Sequence record: SRR20825019_411
Direction: 5' to 3' (one strand)
DNA: 62,248 nt
Shown: piece after piece, positions 19,686 through 29,152 of the stretch
Layout: every line of letters begins with the position of its first letter
Position numbering within the stretch: the stretch's first letter is position 1
Notes under the pieces: generated by a model
The model's input: only the letters and a program-made list of their open reading frames with translations
What the model was told of the DNA's origin: nothing
The model's database searches: none
Position numbers and translations under genes: made by a program

Positions 19686-20497
19686 AGTGTCATCTCCAGA
19701 TGACGGCGCACGTTGACGTCTCCGATATCATCCCAGGTCGCTAGTTCAACGCCGCCGTCCAACAACGTATGGCGGGCTTTCTTGAGGCCGTCACCCACGA
19801 AATTGAACAAGTGGGCAGTTGCTACGGCGTCGACATGTTCATGAGCTAGGCCCTCGGCAAAATGCTTCGCATTACCCACGCCGCCAGCCAAGATGACTGG
19901 CAGGTTCCAGTCTTCTGGGAGCAGGTTCAGTGTATTGAGATCATATCCCTGGCCCGTACCGTCCTGATCGATAGAGTTGAGGTAGATTTCCCCCACACTG
20001 CCATTTGCGTGCCAACTCAATGCCTCGCGGACCGGCGCGTCTAGTTTCTGTCTGCCGTCTCGGGTGTAGATATTATAATCCTCTCCGCTCCGCTTTACGT
20101 CGACTGACCCAATTACACATTGTTGACCAAATTCGCGAGCGATATTACGAACAAGGTCAGGTTGTTCCACAAGGGCTGTATTTAGAACAACCTTGTCGGC
20201 GCCTGCTCTTAAGAGCGATCTGGCGTGATCAACACTACCAATCCCTCCCCCGGCAGCAATTGGGGCGAAACACCCTTCGGAAATGCGCGCCAGGGCCGTA
20301 GAGAACGCTTCTTGATCGCGTTTGCCTCGACTGACATCCAATACGATCAGTTCATCAATAAAGAAAGCAACATCGGAAAAGTTATAGTTGCGCTGTAACC
20401 AATCTAGACTGCCCACTTTTTGCAACCGGAAATTCCGGCTTAGCATGAACTGCCCACTATCGAAGAGCAGAGTAAAAATGATACGTTTCTTCAGCAC
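19682..20497 (-). CDS. HisF-like cyclase subunit of a sugar amidotransferase module (WbuZ-like)
   Basis: Start re-called at GTG 20497 (MLKKRIIFTLL), just after the HisH-like stop with GGAG upstream. Contains GGGI, GADKVVLNT and SIDQDGTGQGYD. Confidence 0.85.
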   Translation of the reverse strand: MLKKRIIFTLLFDSGQFMLSRNFRLQKVGSLDWLQRNYNFSDVAFFIDELIVLDVSRGKRDQEAFSTALARISEGCFAPIAAGGGIGSVDHARSLLRAGADKVVLNTALVEQPDLVRNIAREFGQQCVIGSVDVKRSGEDYNIYTRDGRQKLDAPVREALSWHANGSVGEIYLNSIDQDGTGQGYDLNTLNLLPEDWNLPVILAGGVGNAKHFAEGLAHEHVDAVATAHLFNFVGDGLKKARHTLLDGGVELATWDDIGDVNVRRHLEMTL

Positions 20498-20501
20498 AAA
20501 A

Positions 20502-21119
20502 TCACTCCGCCAGGAAATTGGATAGAAGTCGCAGACCATTGGTCTGGCTCTTTTCTGGGTGAAACTGGGTGCAAAAGACATTTTCGTGCTCATACGCGGC
20601 AACAAAACTACCACCATAATCACACAGAGCAGCGACGCCCGGCCTGCTTTCAACGCCAAGTCGATAGGAATGTACGAAATAAAAGTCCACTGGCCCCTCC
20701 ATCCCACCGAAAAGTCGACTTTGCACATCGAAACGAACCCTGTTGAAGCCCACATGTGGTACTTTAAACCCAGCCTGGCGTGGGATGCGGGTTACATCGC
20801 CGCTGAAGAAGCCAAGTCCAGCACGGCCACCGTCTTCTATACTATGGTCTGCCATCAGTTGCTGGCCAAGACATATTCCCAGAATCTTTCGGCCCTTGCC
20901 CAGTACAGCTTCCCTCAGGGCGTCGGCAAGGCCAGTATCTTCCAGCTTTCCCATCGCTTTGTAAAATGACCCTACACCAGGCAGAACTAGGCTGTCCGCT
21001 GTAGCTACTTCGGCAGGCGTACTACTGACAACCGGCTCGACCCCCAGATACCGTAGTGCGCCCAACACTGAATGCAGATTGCCCATACCATAGTCCACGA
21101 TGACGTGCGCCGCCCCCAT
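20502..21119 (-). CDS. HisH-like glutamine amidotransferase subunit (WbuY-like)
   Basis: DYGMGN, PGVGSF, GICLG nucleophile, FYFVHSY and QFHPEKS. Confidence 0.9.
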   Translation of the reverse strand: MGAAHVIVDYGMGNLHSVLGALRYLGVEPVVSSTPAEVATADSLVLPGVGSFYKAMGKLEDTGLADALREAVLGKGRKILGICLGQQLMADHSIEDGGRAGLGFFSGDVTRIPRQAGFKVPHVGFNRVRFDVQSRLFGGMEGPVDFYFVHSYRLGVESRPGVAALCDYGGSFVAAYEHENVFCTQFHPEKSQTNGLRLLSNFLAE

Positions 21120-21121
21120 AG

Positions 21122-22252
21122 TCAGACTACCGTGAAGAGGGGCTGCCAGCGCCCGTCAACTTTCTTGAACAGCTCCCTGTTAGCCCAGCGGTCTAGCACT
21201 GCGGAGAATTCTTCTGCGGTCATCTGGTAGTAGTTAAGATAGGTTCCGATAAATTCTTCTGGATAGTGGCCATCATACAGGCGTACCAAGTTCACCGCCT
21301 GTGCACGATCCATGGCGCCGCGACGGATCTCGATTGATGCGTCCTGGTTGGCACGTCCGAAGCCAAACTTCAGAAACATCAGATATGTATGAAGGGCATA
21401 TAGCGCCTGGTCATTCTGGGCGAAGTTGGTAAATGTACCAGCGTTTGAAACGTCTGCTTCCTGAAGGCCGCAATGTTCCTTCGCTACCAGATAGTTGCGA
21501 TACGGATCCCAGTTTTCAAAATAGGACCAGTGAGTGATTTCAATTGGCGTACGTTCAAGCTCACTGTCGGTTGGGAAGCGGAAGAAATTGAGGTCTGCAG
21601 CTGAAACGTCCTTCGATTTCTCAATAATTTTCTCGTAACCGCCTTCCAGATAGATCTTCTTCATATATGCCACGTTATAGATCGGGTTCTTGTCCGTCTC
21701 GGTTGTACCGCCATACTCAACTTCACCATCCTCACCATAGAAGATTAGACCGATGCCAAGACGAGCAGCCAAACGTACCGGGGCTGCCTGCATCGCGGTT
21801 AACCAGCCAAAATAGGGGAAGCCCATTTCCACAAATCCCCTGCGGTTCAGTATGCGCACCGCTTCATGGGCGACATTTATGCTAATGTGGTTATAGCCCG
21901 CTTCTACAAAATTGCGTAAATTGACGTTGCCTAGTTCCAGCGGCAGGGGCGGTGTAACTGTTACGCACAATGGGTTCATGCCGTATTTATGCTTGAGATT
22001 ATAGCTGACGTATGAGCCGTCCTTGCCGCCGCTAACTGGTACTAGCACGTCAAATTCGCCATCTTCGCGGCGGTGCTTGTTAAGAAGCGCTTCAAGTTCA
22101 TTTTCGCGGGAAACCCAATCGAGGGCCATTTTCTTTTCTGTCCACTGGCAGGCATTGCACCAACCACGCTTGTCAAAGCCGATTCGTGGGCGCGTGGACA
22201 TGGCCAGACAGTTGCTGCACCAGTGCACCTGATTATTTTCTGTGTTTGTCAT
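21122..22252 (-). CDS. N-acetyl sugar amidotransferase (WbuX/PseA/WbpG family; acetamidino formation)
   Basis: CxxC...STRPRI...CNAC, PP-loop VSGGKDG, GEDGEVEYGG and KFGFGRA. Start re-called at ATG 22252. Confidence 0.88.
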   Translation of the reverse strand: MTNTENNQVHWCSNCLAMSTRPRIGFDKRGWCNACQWTEKKMALDWVSRENELEALLNKHRREDGEFDVLVPVSGGKDGSYVSYNLKHKYGMNPLCVTVTPPLPLELGNVNLRNFVEAGYNHISINVAHEAVRILNRRGFVEMGFPYFGWLTAMQAAPVRLAARLGIGLIFYGEDGEVEYGGTTETDKNPIYNVAYMKKIYLEGGYEKIIEKSKDVSAADLNFFRFPTDSELERTPIEITHWSYFENWDPYRNYLVAKEHCGLQEADVSNAGTFTNFAQNDQALYALHTYLMFLKFGFGRANQDASIEIRRGAMDRAQAVNLVRLYDGHYPEEFIGTYLNYYQMTAEEFSAVLDRWANRELFKKVDGRWQPLFTVV

Positions 22253-22256
22253 TCTG

Positions 22257-23330
22257 CTACTCTTGAGTTTTGTCAGGGTTATATGAGAGTTCTTGGTTGG
22301 CACGCTCAAGATCGTCAGGACGACCTACATCCAGCCAAGGTTCGTGCATTGGATAGGCTACCGTTCGCAGACTGGCCGCACGCAGCCTATCAAAGAGAGT
22401 GGGCATATCACAATGCGAATAACGTTCGAGATGTTCAAGGGCTCGTGGGGAAAAGGCATAGATGCCAGCATTGATGTGGCTGCGAGATGTTGGTTTCTCG
22501 TCGAAGCCATCAATATCTACACCGTTCATCCGCACCACGCCGAATGGGTTTGTCCATTCATAGACCCGAACCGCCATAACCGCATCGGCATCGTGCCGTG
22601 TGCGGAAGTCAATCATCTGGCCATAGTCTATATCGGTCAGTACGTCGCCATTGGTTACAATAAAAGGGTGTTTAGGTCGTGGATCTAGCAGTGACAAGGC
22701 GCCTGCGGTGCCAAGGGGCTGTTCTTCGGTGACATAATCGATAGCCACGCCAAAGTCTGATCCATCGCCGAAATGGTTGCGGATCATTCCACCCAGATAA
22801 TTCAGCGAAAAAATGAAATGACTGAACCCCTGGCTGCGGGCCCGCTCGACTATATGTTGTAGCATCGGTTTTCCTGCCACAGGCAGCATGGGCTTGGGGC
22901 AGTTTTCGGTGTAAGGCCGCAGCCGCGTACCTTTGCCCCCAGCCATCACCACCATGAAATTTTCGCGTGCGGGTGGGGTATCGAGTTCTTCCCACAAATG
23001 CAGTCCAATAGGGCGGCCATCCTCATTCACTACAGGCACCTGATGCATTTTGTTAGCAGTCATCAGAGCACGTACCAGTTTACGGTCTGTGCCTTCCGGG
23101 ACAACCAAGGGTGTGGTATTGGCAATTTTGCGGACCGAGTCTTCCATCGTCAGGCCTCGCAGCAGACCACGACGAAGATCTCCGTCAGTGATGGAACCGA
23201 AGAGACGACCATCTTCGCGCACACACAGCACCAGCCGTATAGCGACCTCGTTCAGGTTTCTAATGGCTTCTGCAAGTGTTGCGTCAACTGGCAGGATTGC
23301 CCTGCGCCAGCGATCTTCGAGGTCGGTCAT
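22257..23330 (-). CDS. ptmE: CBS-domain nucleotidyltransferase (PtmE/LegX)
   Basis: Tandem CBS (TDGDLRRGLL), then MAGGKGTRLRPYT, PKPML, PLGTAG and NGD. Confidence 0.88.
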   Translation of the reverse strand: MTDLEDRWRRAILPVDATLAEAIRNLNEVAIRLVLCVREDGRLFGSITDGDLRRGLLRGLTMEDSVRKIANTTPLVVPEGTDRKLVRALMTANKMHQVPVVNEDGRPIGLHLWEELDTPPARENFMVVMAGGKGTRLRPYTENCPKPMLPVAGKPMLQHIVERARSQGFSHFIFSLNYLGGMIRNHFGDGSDFGVAIDYVTEEQPLGTAGALSLLDPRPKHPFIVTNGDVLTDIDYGQMIDFRTRHDADAVMAVRVYEWTNPFGVVRMNGVDIDGFDEKPTSRSHINAGIYAFSPRALEHLERYSHCDMPTLFDRLRAASLRTVAYPMHEPWLDVGRPDDLERANQELSYNPDKTQE

Positions 23331-23386
23331 AATTGGCAATCCAAGTTAGTGATAATAGAATTTACAAACATTATGGTGCCCTTGCG

Positions 23387-24553
23387 CTATTCCTGTGAAG
23401 AAAAGGGCACGTCAAAAAAACATTTAGGTTCCGGAGTTGGTCTCCAGCCCTCGATCACGCGCACTGTTCGTTCCGAGGCGCCGCCGTCTCCATAAGGGTT
23501 GACAACGTCAGTAAGGGCCGTGCGGAAGCCGGGAGCATAAAGCTGTGTGATCGCGCTAGAGATGGCATGACGGTCCGCTGCACAGTCAATCACGCTGACG
23601 GCGCGAAGGCGACCATCCTGCCGCGCCCCGATATTGATTGTTCCTTTGGAAAACGATGGTACTTCAATCAGGCCGCTGGAAGAATTGCCGACAACCCCGT
23701 CCACATGCGTTAGGGCCGACAGGTACCGTCGCTGCCCCAGTGAGACGCACGAACAGGCTCGGTCGCGATGAGCGGACACGAATCCCTCAATCATGGAGAA
23801 CAGCGCACGGCCTTCAGTATCAGCATTGGGCATGGTGAAGATCAGATGCGCGTCTATTTTTTCAAGCGCGGCCAGCAGTTCTGTCATCTGATTCCTGGGG
23901 CTGTTGCCTGTCGCGGTCTCAGGATGAAAGGTTACGATCAGGTTACGATTCCCAAGACGGAATCCCAGTGCTTCCTCAAGTTCCGTCCGGCTCATAGGAT
24001 CAAGTTGTAGGATCCCGTCGATGCCGAAACCGCCGACATTCCAAACGCGTTCGGGGGCCTCGCCCATCTGGATGATCCGCTGGCGATAGGGCTCGGTGGC
24101 TGCGAAATGCAGGTGCGCCATTTTTGTTATGGCGTGCCGGATCGCGTCATCGAACGCTCCTTTAGTGATTTCACCACCATGCAGGTGGGCAATAGGAATT
24201 CTGCCGATCAATGCTGCGCTTGCAGCAGAAAGAATTTCGAACCTATCGCCCAGAACCACAACCAGATCGGGTTTGAGCTGCGCATATGCGTCTGCAAATC
24301 CCGTCAGTGCTAGTCCCATGGACTTGGTGATTCCGGTTGCGGAATCGGAACTCAGCAACATTTCCACTTTCCAGTCGATCTTGTTGCCATCGGACTCGAT
24401 GTTTTTCCACGTCGAACCAAATTCTGGTGACAGGTGCATACCTGTCGCGATTAACTGGAGCTGACATTTGTTGGACTCCCGCAATCCCTGGATAACCCAG
24501 CGCAACAGCCCATAGTCGGCTCGTGAACCCGTGATGACACAAACTCGCTTCAT
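23387..24553 (-). CDS. legG: Hydrolysing UDP/GDP-sugar 2-epimerase (NeuC/LegG)
   Basis: TGSRADYGL, GDRFE, HLHGGE, DDAIRHAITK, GNSSSG and NPYGDG. Confidence 0.92.
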   Translation of the reverse strand: MKRVCVITGSRADYGLLRWVIQGLRESNKCQLQLIATGMHLSPEFGSTWKNIESDGNKIDWKVEMLLSSDSATGITKSMGLALTGFADAYAQLKPDLVVVLGDRFEILSAASAALIGRIPIAHLHGGEITKGAFDDAIRHAITKMAHLHFAATEPYRQRIIQMGEAPERVWNVGGFGIDGILQLDPMSRTELEEALGFRLGNRNLIVTFHPETATGNSPRNQMTELLAALEKIDAHLIFTMPNADTEGRALFSMIEGFVSAHRDRACSCVSLGQRRYLSALTHVDGVVGNSSSGLIEVPSFSKGTINIGARQDGRLRAVSVIDCAADRHAISSAITQLYAPGFRTALTDVVNPYGDGGASERTVRVIEGWRPTPEPKCFFDVPFSSQE

Positions 24554-25563
24554 ATGGTAATTTCCTCATCTTCGGCGAAACTGCGGGGCGCGGGGCGCCC
24601 TATCACTTCGTCCCAGCGCATGGGCGAAATGCCGGTGCCAGGGCGCTTGGTAGTGAGATTGTCGTCCGAGAATATATCACCCTTGGAAATTGCTTTGGCT
24701 GCCACAATGGATTTACGTGCAACCGCCTTGTTGTGGGCTTCCGATTTGGTTGGTCGTTTCGTTGCACTGCCAAGAGCGGCTTCGATGCGGCGAATACCAT
24801 AGATCATGGCAGCAAGTTCGTCAGGCTCAAGGCTCGCCGCATGGTCGGGCCCAGGCAGCGAGCGATCCAGAGTGAAATGTTTCTCGATTACGCTCGCCCC
24901 CAGAGCGGTAGCGGCAATTGCAACCTCGATGCCTTCGGTATGGTCCGAATATCCAACCGATACGCCAAAGACTTGGCCAATGGTTTGCATGGCGAGAAGA
25001 TTTACTTCGTCAATTGGCACGGGGTATTCGGTGGTGCAATGCAGTACTGTGACCCTATCTCGCGGCAATCCAGCAGCCTCTAGCGTTTCAATAGCAGCTT
25101 CGATATCGCCTAGAGACGCCATTCCGGTCGATAGAATCACGTTGTGCCCAAAACCTGCGATTCGGCGCAAGTAGGGTAGGTTGGTGATTTCACCTGATGG
25201 TATCTTGAATTGCTCAAAACCCAGACTGGAAAGATAATCCAGACTGTCGAGGTCGAAGCCAGTCGAGAAAAAACCGATACGTCGGTTTTTACAATGAGTG
25301 ATGAGAGCGTCATGATCTGCACGACTTAATTCCAGTCGCTTCAGCATGTCCAACTGGCTGTCCGTGTCGCCATCGTTACGGGTTTGGTAATCCGCTTTTT
25401 GGGCGGCAATCGAAGCGATTTTCTCAGCCTTGAAAGTTTGGAACTTTACCAAATCGGCACCGGCGGCTGCAGCCGCATCCACCAGCTTCTTCGCTCTGTC
25501 CAGATCGCCGTTATGGTTAACACCAGCCTCCGCGATCACCAATACATGTTTTTTTCTGTTCAT
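24550..25563 (-). CDS. legI: N,N'-diacetyllegionaminate synthase (NeuB family)
   Basis: IAEAGVNHNG, KFQTF, KIPSGE, LSTGM, GYSDHT, IEKHFT and a C-terminal AFP-like domain (KRPGTGISP). Confidence 0.92.
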   Translation of the reverse strand: MNRKKHVLVIAEAGVNHNGDLDRAKKLVDAAAAAGADLVKFQTFKAEKIASIAAQKADYQTRNDGDTDSQLDMLKRLELSRADHDALITHCKNRRIGFFSTGFDLDSLDYLSSLGFEQFKIPSGEITNLPYLRRIAGFGHNVILSTGMASLGDIEAAIETLEAAGLPRDRVTVLHCTTEYPVPIDEVNLLAMQTIGQVFGVSVGYSDHTEGIEVAIAATALGASVIEKHFTLDRSLPGPDHAASLEPDELAAMIYGIRRIEAALGSATKRPTKSEAHNKAVARKSIVAAKAISKGDIFSDDNLTTKRPGTGISPMRWDEVIGRPAPRSFAEDEEITI

Positions 25564-26192
25564 TGGGCTTGCCTTACTGGCGTGTGCTTGATTAGGGTTG
25601 CATCAGGCAGGTCATGTTGGATTACACAGCCTGCTCCAATCACGCTGTCTTTACCAATGGTAATGCCGTTTTTCAAAATTGCTCCAGAGCCAATGAAACA
25701 TCCTTCTTTCACGGTAACATCGCCATTGACGCGTGCGCCTGTCGCAATATGGCAGTGGTCGCCAATCCGTGCACCATGTTCCACTAAGCTCAGGCTGTTG
25801 AGGATACAGTTCTGCCCCACGGTCGCAGCCGCATTCACAACTGCGCCATGCATGACCAGTGTCCCGTCACCCACAGTAGCATGGCGTGACACATATGCCC
25901 TTGGTGAGGTGATAACAGGTAGACTGGCACCGCTCTGGATAGCGGCGTTGAAGGCATTGCGCCGAGAATCCGGAGACTTGATCTGGCCGATCGTCACTAA
26001 CATGGCGGTGTATGTAGCTACAAAGTTGGGTAGGTCTCTGTCGGTGCCGATCACTGGGTAGCCCAGCACATCGCCCCGTTGCGCTAGGGCGCGCTCGAAA
26101 ATACCACCGATGATGAAGCGATTGTCTGCCTCAATCACGTCGATTGCTGCTTTACAGTGACCACCACCACCGATCAGAAACAAGCGCGTCAT
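25560..26192 (-). CDS. legH: NeuD/PglD-type sugar N-acetyltransferase (LegH)
   Basis: IGGGGH plus hexapeptide left-handed beta-helix repeats and the VEH motif. Start re-called at ATG 26192 (ATGA overlap with the legC stop). Confidence 0.85.
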   Translation of the reverse strand: MTRLFLIGGGGHCKAAIDVIEADNRFIIGGIFERALAQRGDVLGYPVIGTDRDLPNFVATYTAMLVTIGQIKSPDSRRNAFNAAIQSGASLPVITSPRAYVSRHATVGDGTLVMHGAVVNAAATVGQNCILNSLSLVEHGARIGDHCHIATGARVNGDVTVKEGCFIGSGAILKNGITIGKDSVIGAGCVIQHDLPDATLIKHTPVRQAQ

Positions 26193-27373
26193 GCCAATGC
26201 TCCTACCAGATGTGCCGACGAGGGTACGTTGATAATACGGGCTGCAAGTTCCACCGTGGTCGATAGTACAGCACGTGGAGTGTTCGCGTAAATTGGCAAG
26301 GTATGCAACGGTTCCCACACAGGGCGGGCCATTAGGCCAGCGCTGTTCAGGGTTTCTAGCACAATGTCCCGAGCGGCGGCGACGCGCGGCGCCAACATCA
26401 TAGTATTCAGCCAGTAGTTGGATTTTGCTCCTTCGGGCTCAATAAAAAACTGGAGGTCAGGGAGACCCGAAAAAGCGTTGATGTAGGCCTGCGCTAGTTG
26501 ACGTTTTTGTGCTAGCCGTGTGTTAAGTTGTGCCATCTGCGCAACACCGAGCGCTGCGTTCAAGTTAGGCATGCGATAATTATAGCCGATTTCGTCATGC
26601 ATGAAAGCCCAAGGGTGTGGCCGCTTTGCGGTGGTAGTTAGGTGTCTTGCGCGACGCGCAAGAGTTTCGTCATTGGTGACAATCGCGCCACCACCACCCG
26701 TGGTCAGGATCTTGTTGCCGTTAAAACTAAGTGCCCCGACCGACGCCAAGCTGCCACACGGTTTGTTGCCATAGACGCTGCCGAGGGCCTCGGCAGCGTC
26801 TTCTATCACCGGCAGGCCAAAGTCAGCGGCAACCACGTTCAGACCGTTCATGTCCACAGGGTGGCCAAATACATGCATTGGCACTATGGCTACCAGGCGG
26901 CGCCCTGTATTCCTATTGTAGAGCTGGCCTTCCCGGTGTTCACCAATTTGCTCAAGATGGTCTCGCAACGCCACAGGGCTGATACCGAGCGTTCGTTCCT
27001 CAATATCGACAAAATGAGGGATTGCGCCCAGATGACTGGTCGCGTTGGCTGTAGCGATAAACGTTAGACTGGGCATCAGTACTTCGTCACCGGGGCGGAC
27101 ACCCACAATTCGCATCGACACTTCAAGTGCAGCGGTGCCGTTGACTACTGCGACGCTGTATCTGGTTCCGCAGGCTTTCGCTATTTCTGCTTCGAAGCGA
27201 TCTACATATTGACCAACGGATGACACCCAGCCTGACTGGATACAGTCGCTGACCAGAGCTACCTCGTCGCCTCGGAATTCAGGTTCATGCAAGGGCACAA
27301 AACCTTCTGGGGCCCCAAGGAAGCTATATAGCTTGTCCTTAATTTCACCTGCGAAGGCGGAATGGTTTGTCAT
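26189..27373 (-). CDS. legC: LegC-family PLP aminotransferase
   Basis: VPLHEP, WVSSVG, NGTAAL, EDAAEALGS, SFNGNKILTTGGGG and GYNYRMPN. Start re-called at ATG 27373. Confidence 0.93.
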   Translation of the reverse strand: MTNHSAFAGEIKDKLYSFLGAPEGFVPLHEPEFRGDEVALVSDCIQSGWVSSVGQYVDRFEAEIAKACGTRYSVAVVNGTAALEVSMRIVGVRPGDEVLMPSLTFIATANATSHLGAIPHFVDIEERTLGISPVALRDHLEQIGEHREGQLYNRNTGRRLVAIVPMHVFGHPVDMNGLNVVAADFGLPVIEDAAEALGSVYGNKPCGSLASVGALSFNGNKILTTGGGGAIVTNDETLARRARHLTTTAKRPHPWAFMHDEIGYNYRMPNLNAALGVAQMAQLNTRLAQKRQLAQAYINAFSGLPDLQFFIEPEGAKSNYWLNTMMLAPRVAAARDIVLETLNSAGLMARPVWEPLHTLPIYANTPRAVLSTTVELAARIINVPSSAHLVGALA

Positions 27374-27380
27374 GATGGTC

Positions 27381-28382
27381 TCAGATATTGTAGCGGTCAG
27401 TTTTAAAATGGGCCAGATTGGCAGGATCCTGAAACCAGATAGCTGTTTCGGCGAGCCCACGCACAAAGCCTTCACGGCCACCGAACTCCGGTGACCAGTC
27501 AAACAGTTTCTGGGCTTTTTCCGTACTTGCGAAGAGCCGCTCTACCTCGCTGGCAACCGGGCGCACCCTGTCAGCATCCAGAACAACCTCCACTTCAGTC
27601 CCCATTGCCTCGGCAATAACAGTAACGGTGTCTCCAATAGAGATCTCGAACGCGCTGCCGATGTTGGTGACCTCACCAACAGTATTTTCTTTGTTCATTG
27701 CTTGGATAAAACCCCGGGCAGTATCTCGCACAAAAGTGAAATCCCGGGTGGGATGCAGTGCTCCAAGTCTAATCTGACGTGCCCCCCCCGCGATTTGACC
27801 TATGATGGTGGGAATCACGGCGCGGGCAGATTGGCGGGGTCCATATGTGTTGAACGGCCTAAGAACAGAAACGGGCATGTCGAAGGACCGCTGGAACGAC
27901 AGGGCCATCTGGTCTGCTCCGACCTTTGAGGCCGCATAAGGCGACTGTGCATTGATTGGGTGCTCTTCCGTTATTGGTACAAATTGTGCTGTGCCATATG
28001 TCTCTGACGTTGAGGTGCAAACGGTGTGCGTGATATCGTGGCGCCGGGCGGCCTGTAGGACATTAAGCGTGCCAGTGACGTTGGTTTGCACATAGGCGTC
28101 CGGCGCATGATAGCTGAAGGGTATGGCAATCAATGCGGCAAGATGTAGAACCCGATCACAACCTTTAACTGCGTCATCGACGCCATAAGGGTCACGTATG
28201 TCGCCGGCGATCACGTCAAAATGCCCTTCCACGTCTGACGCTGCATTATCCAGCCAGCCCCAGGAATTGAAAGAATTGTAATGAATGAAGGCTCGTACAT
28301 CGTGGCCTGCGCGCACCAGTGCTTCCACGAGATGCGATCCAATGAAGCCGTCGGCGCCGGTTACAAGTATCTTTTGGGTCAT
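27381..28382 (-). CDS. legB: NAD-dependent 4,6-dehydratase LegB
   Basis: TGADGFIGSHL, YNSFNSWGWLD, HLAALIAIPFSY, STSETYG, SPYAASK and RPFNTYGPRQSARAVIP. Confidence 0.93.
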   Translation of the reverse strand: MTQKILVTGADGFIGSHLVEALVRAGHDVRAFIHYNSFNSWGWLDNAASDVEGHFDVIAGDIRDPYGVDDAVKGCDRVLHLAALIAIPFSYHAPDAYVQTNVTGTLNVLQAARRHDITHTVCTSTSETYGTAQFVPITEEHPINAQSPYAASKVGADQMALSFQRSFDMPVSVLRPFNTYGPRQSARAVIPTIIGQIAGGARQIRLGALHPTRDFTFVRDTARGFIQAMNKENTVGEVTNIGSAFEISIGDTVTVIAEAMGTEVEVVLDADRVRPVASEVERLFASTEKAQKLFDWSPEFGGREGFVRGLAETAIWFQDPANLAHFKTDRYNI

Positions 28383-28484
28383 ATTGCAGTTTCAACTATT
28401 CTAAAGAAAGTAAAAGTTTTGGGAAAAAGCCTTTGCCGATACACGTAGATATAATCCCTGTTGTTCCAAACGTCCACCGTAAGG

Positions 28485-28852
28485 TTATCGCCGTTTTAGG
28501 GCAAATCTATTGTCGTTACCCGCTTCCATTTCAGCCCGCAGATTTTTAGCCTTCGCCTTGAGAATTTCGTGCTCGTTGATTTTATGAGAAAGAAATTTTT
28601 TGGCAATTTCTGCATTTTCGGCGATGCCTTTTGGGGCTGGAATGTAAGCGTAACGGCGTCTGTCTCTTGCCGAAGTAAGGTTTCCAAGCTTTTTAGAGTC
28701 CTACGCCGATAAGCGCGTCGAGCGCATAGGGTGCACCAATGCTGATGCCGCCTACTTGGGCCAACTTGTGCAGAGACATTTTTGGTTTTCCAAAAGAATA
28801 CGTAGCTTGGTGAATCTTATATCCTCTTGAAATCACTCCGGCGTCCCACCAT
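28485..28852 (-). pseudogene. Frameshifted EPS-associated MarR-family transcriptional regulator
   Basis: Stitching frames on the minus strand gives MVGRRSD/QEDIRFTKLRILLEN/PKMSLHKLAQVGGISIGAPYALDALIGVGL/KLGNLTSARDRRRYAYIPAPKGIAENAEIAKKFLSHKINEHEILKA...*. This matches the family pattern (QED..F..LR.L..NP..SQR.LA..GIS.G..Y.L.AL..GL.K..NF....K..Y.Y.LTPKG) with three frameshifts. Confidence 0.8.
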
Positions 28853-29152
28853 AAACGCCTTCTTAATACCTGCGTGTCTGCTCCGCACGTTGTCTCACCA
28901 ATCGATTCTGGGACTTAACCTAAATAATTCGGCCAATAGTTGGGTGGCATTGTTCAATTTTTAGCGGTAGCATTCCTGCATGCCATAAACAATATCTTTT
29001 TAAAATAGTCACTTATAGAAAGTTCTGTTAAAAAACCTATTTGCCAGAGCATTGGAATCCCACTTTGATCCTAAACTAGGTATCTATCGCTCTAATGCGA
29101 TGGGTTCAAAATGAATCTAAACCTAACAAATCCGGATCGAAATGGCACTCGT

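Noticed and set aside
19682-21119. hisF/hisH as histidine-biosynthesis genes
   Set aside because: They follow an N-acetyl-sugar amidotransferase inside the leg operon and no other his genes are present, so they fit the WbuXYZ-type ammonia-supply module.
28496-28687. 63-aa ORF from the track
   Set aside because: It is an out-of-frame reading over the MarR pseudogene. The family-like sequence is in a different frame.
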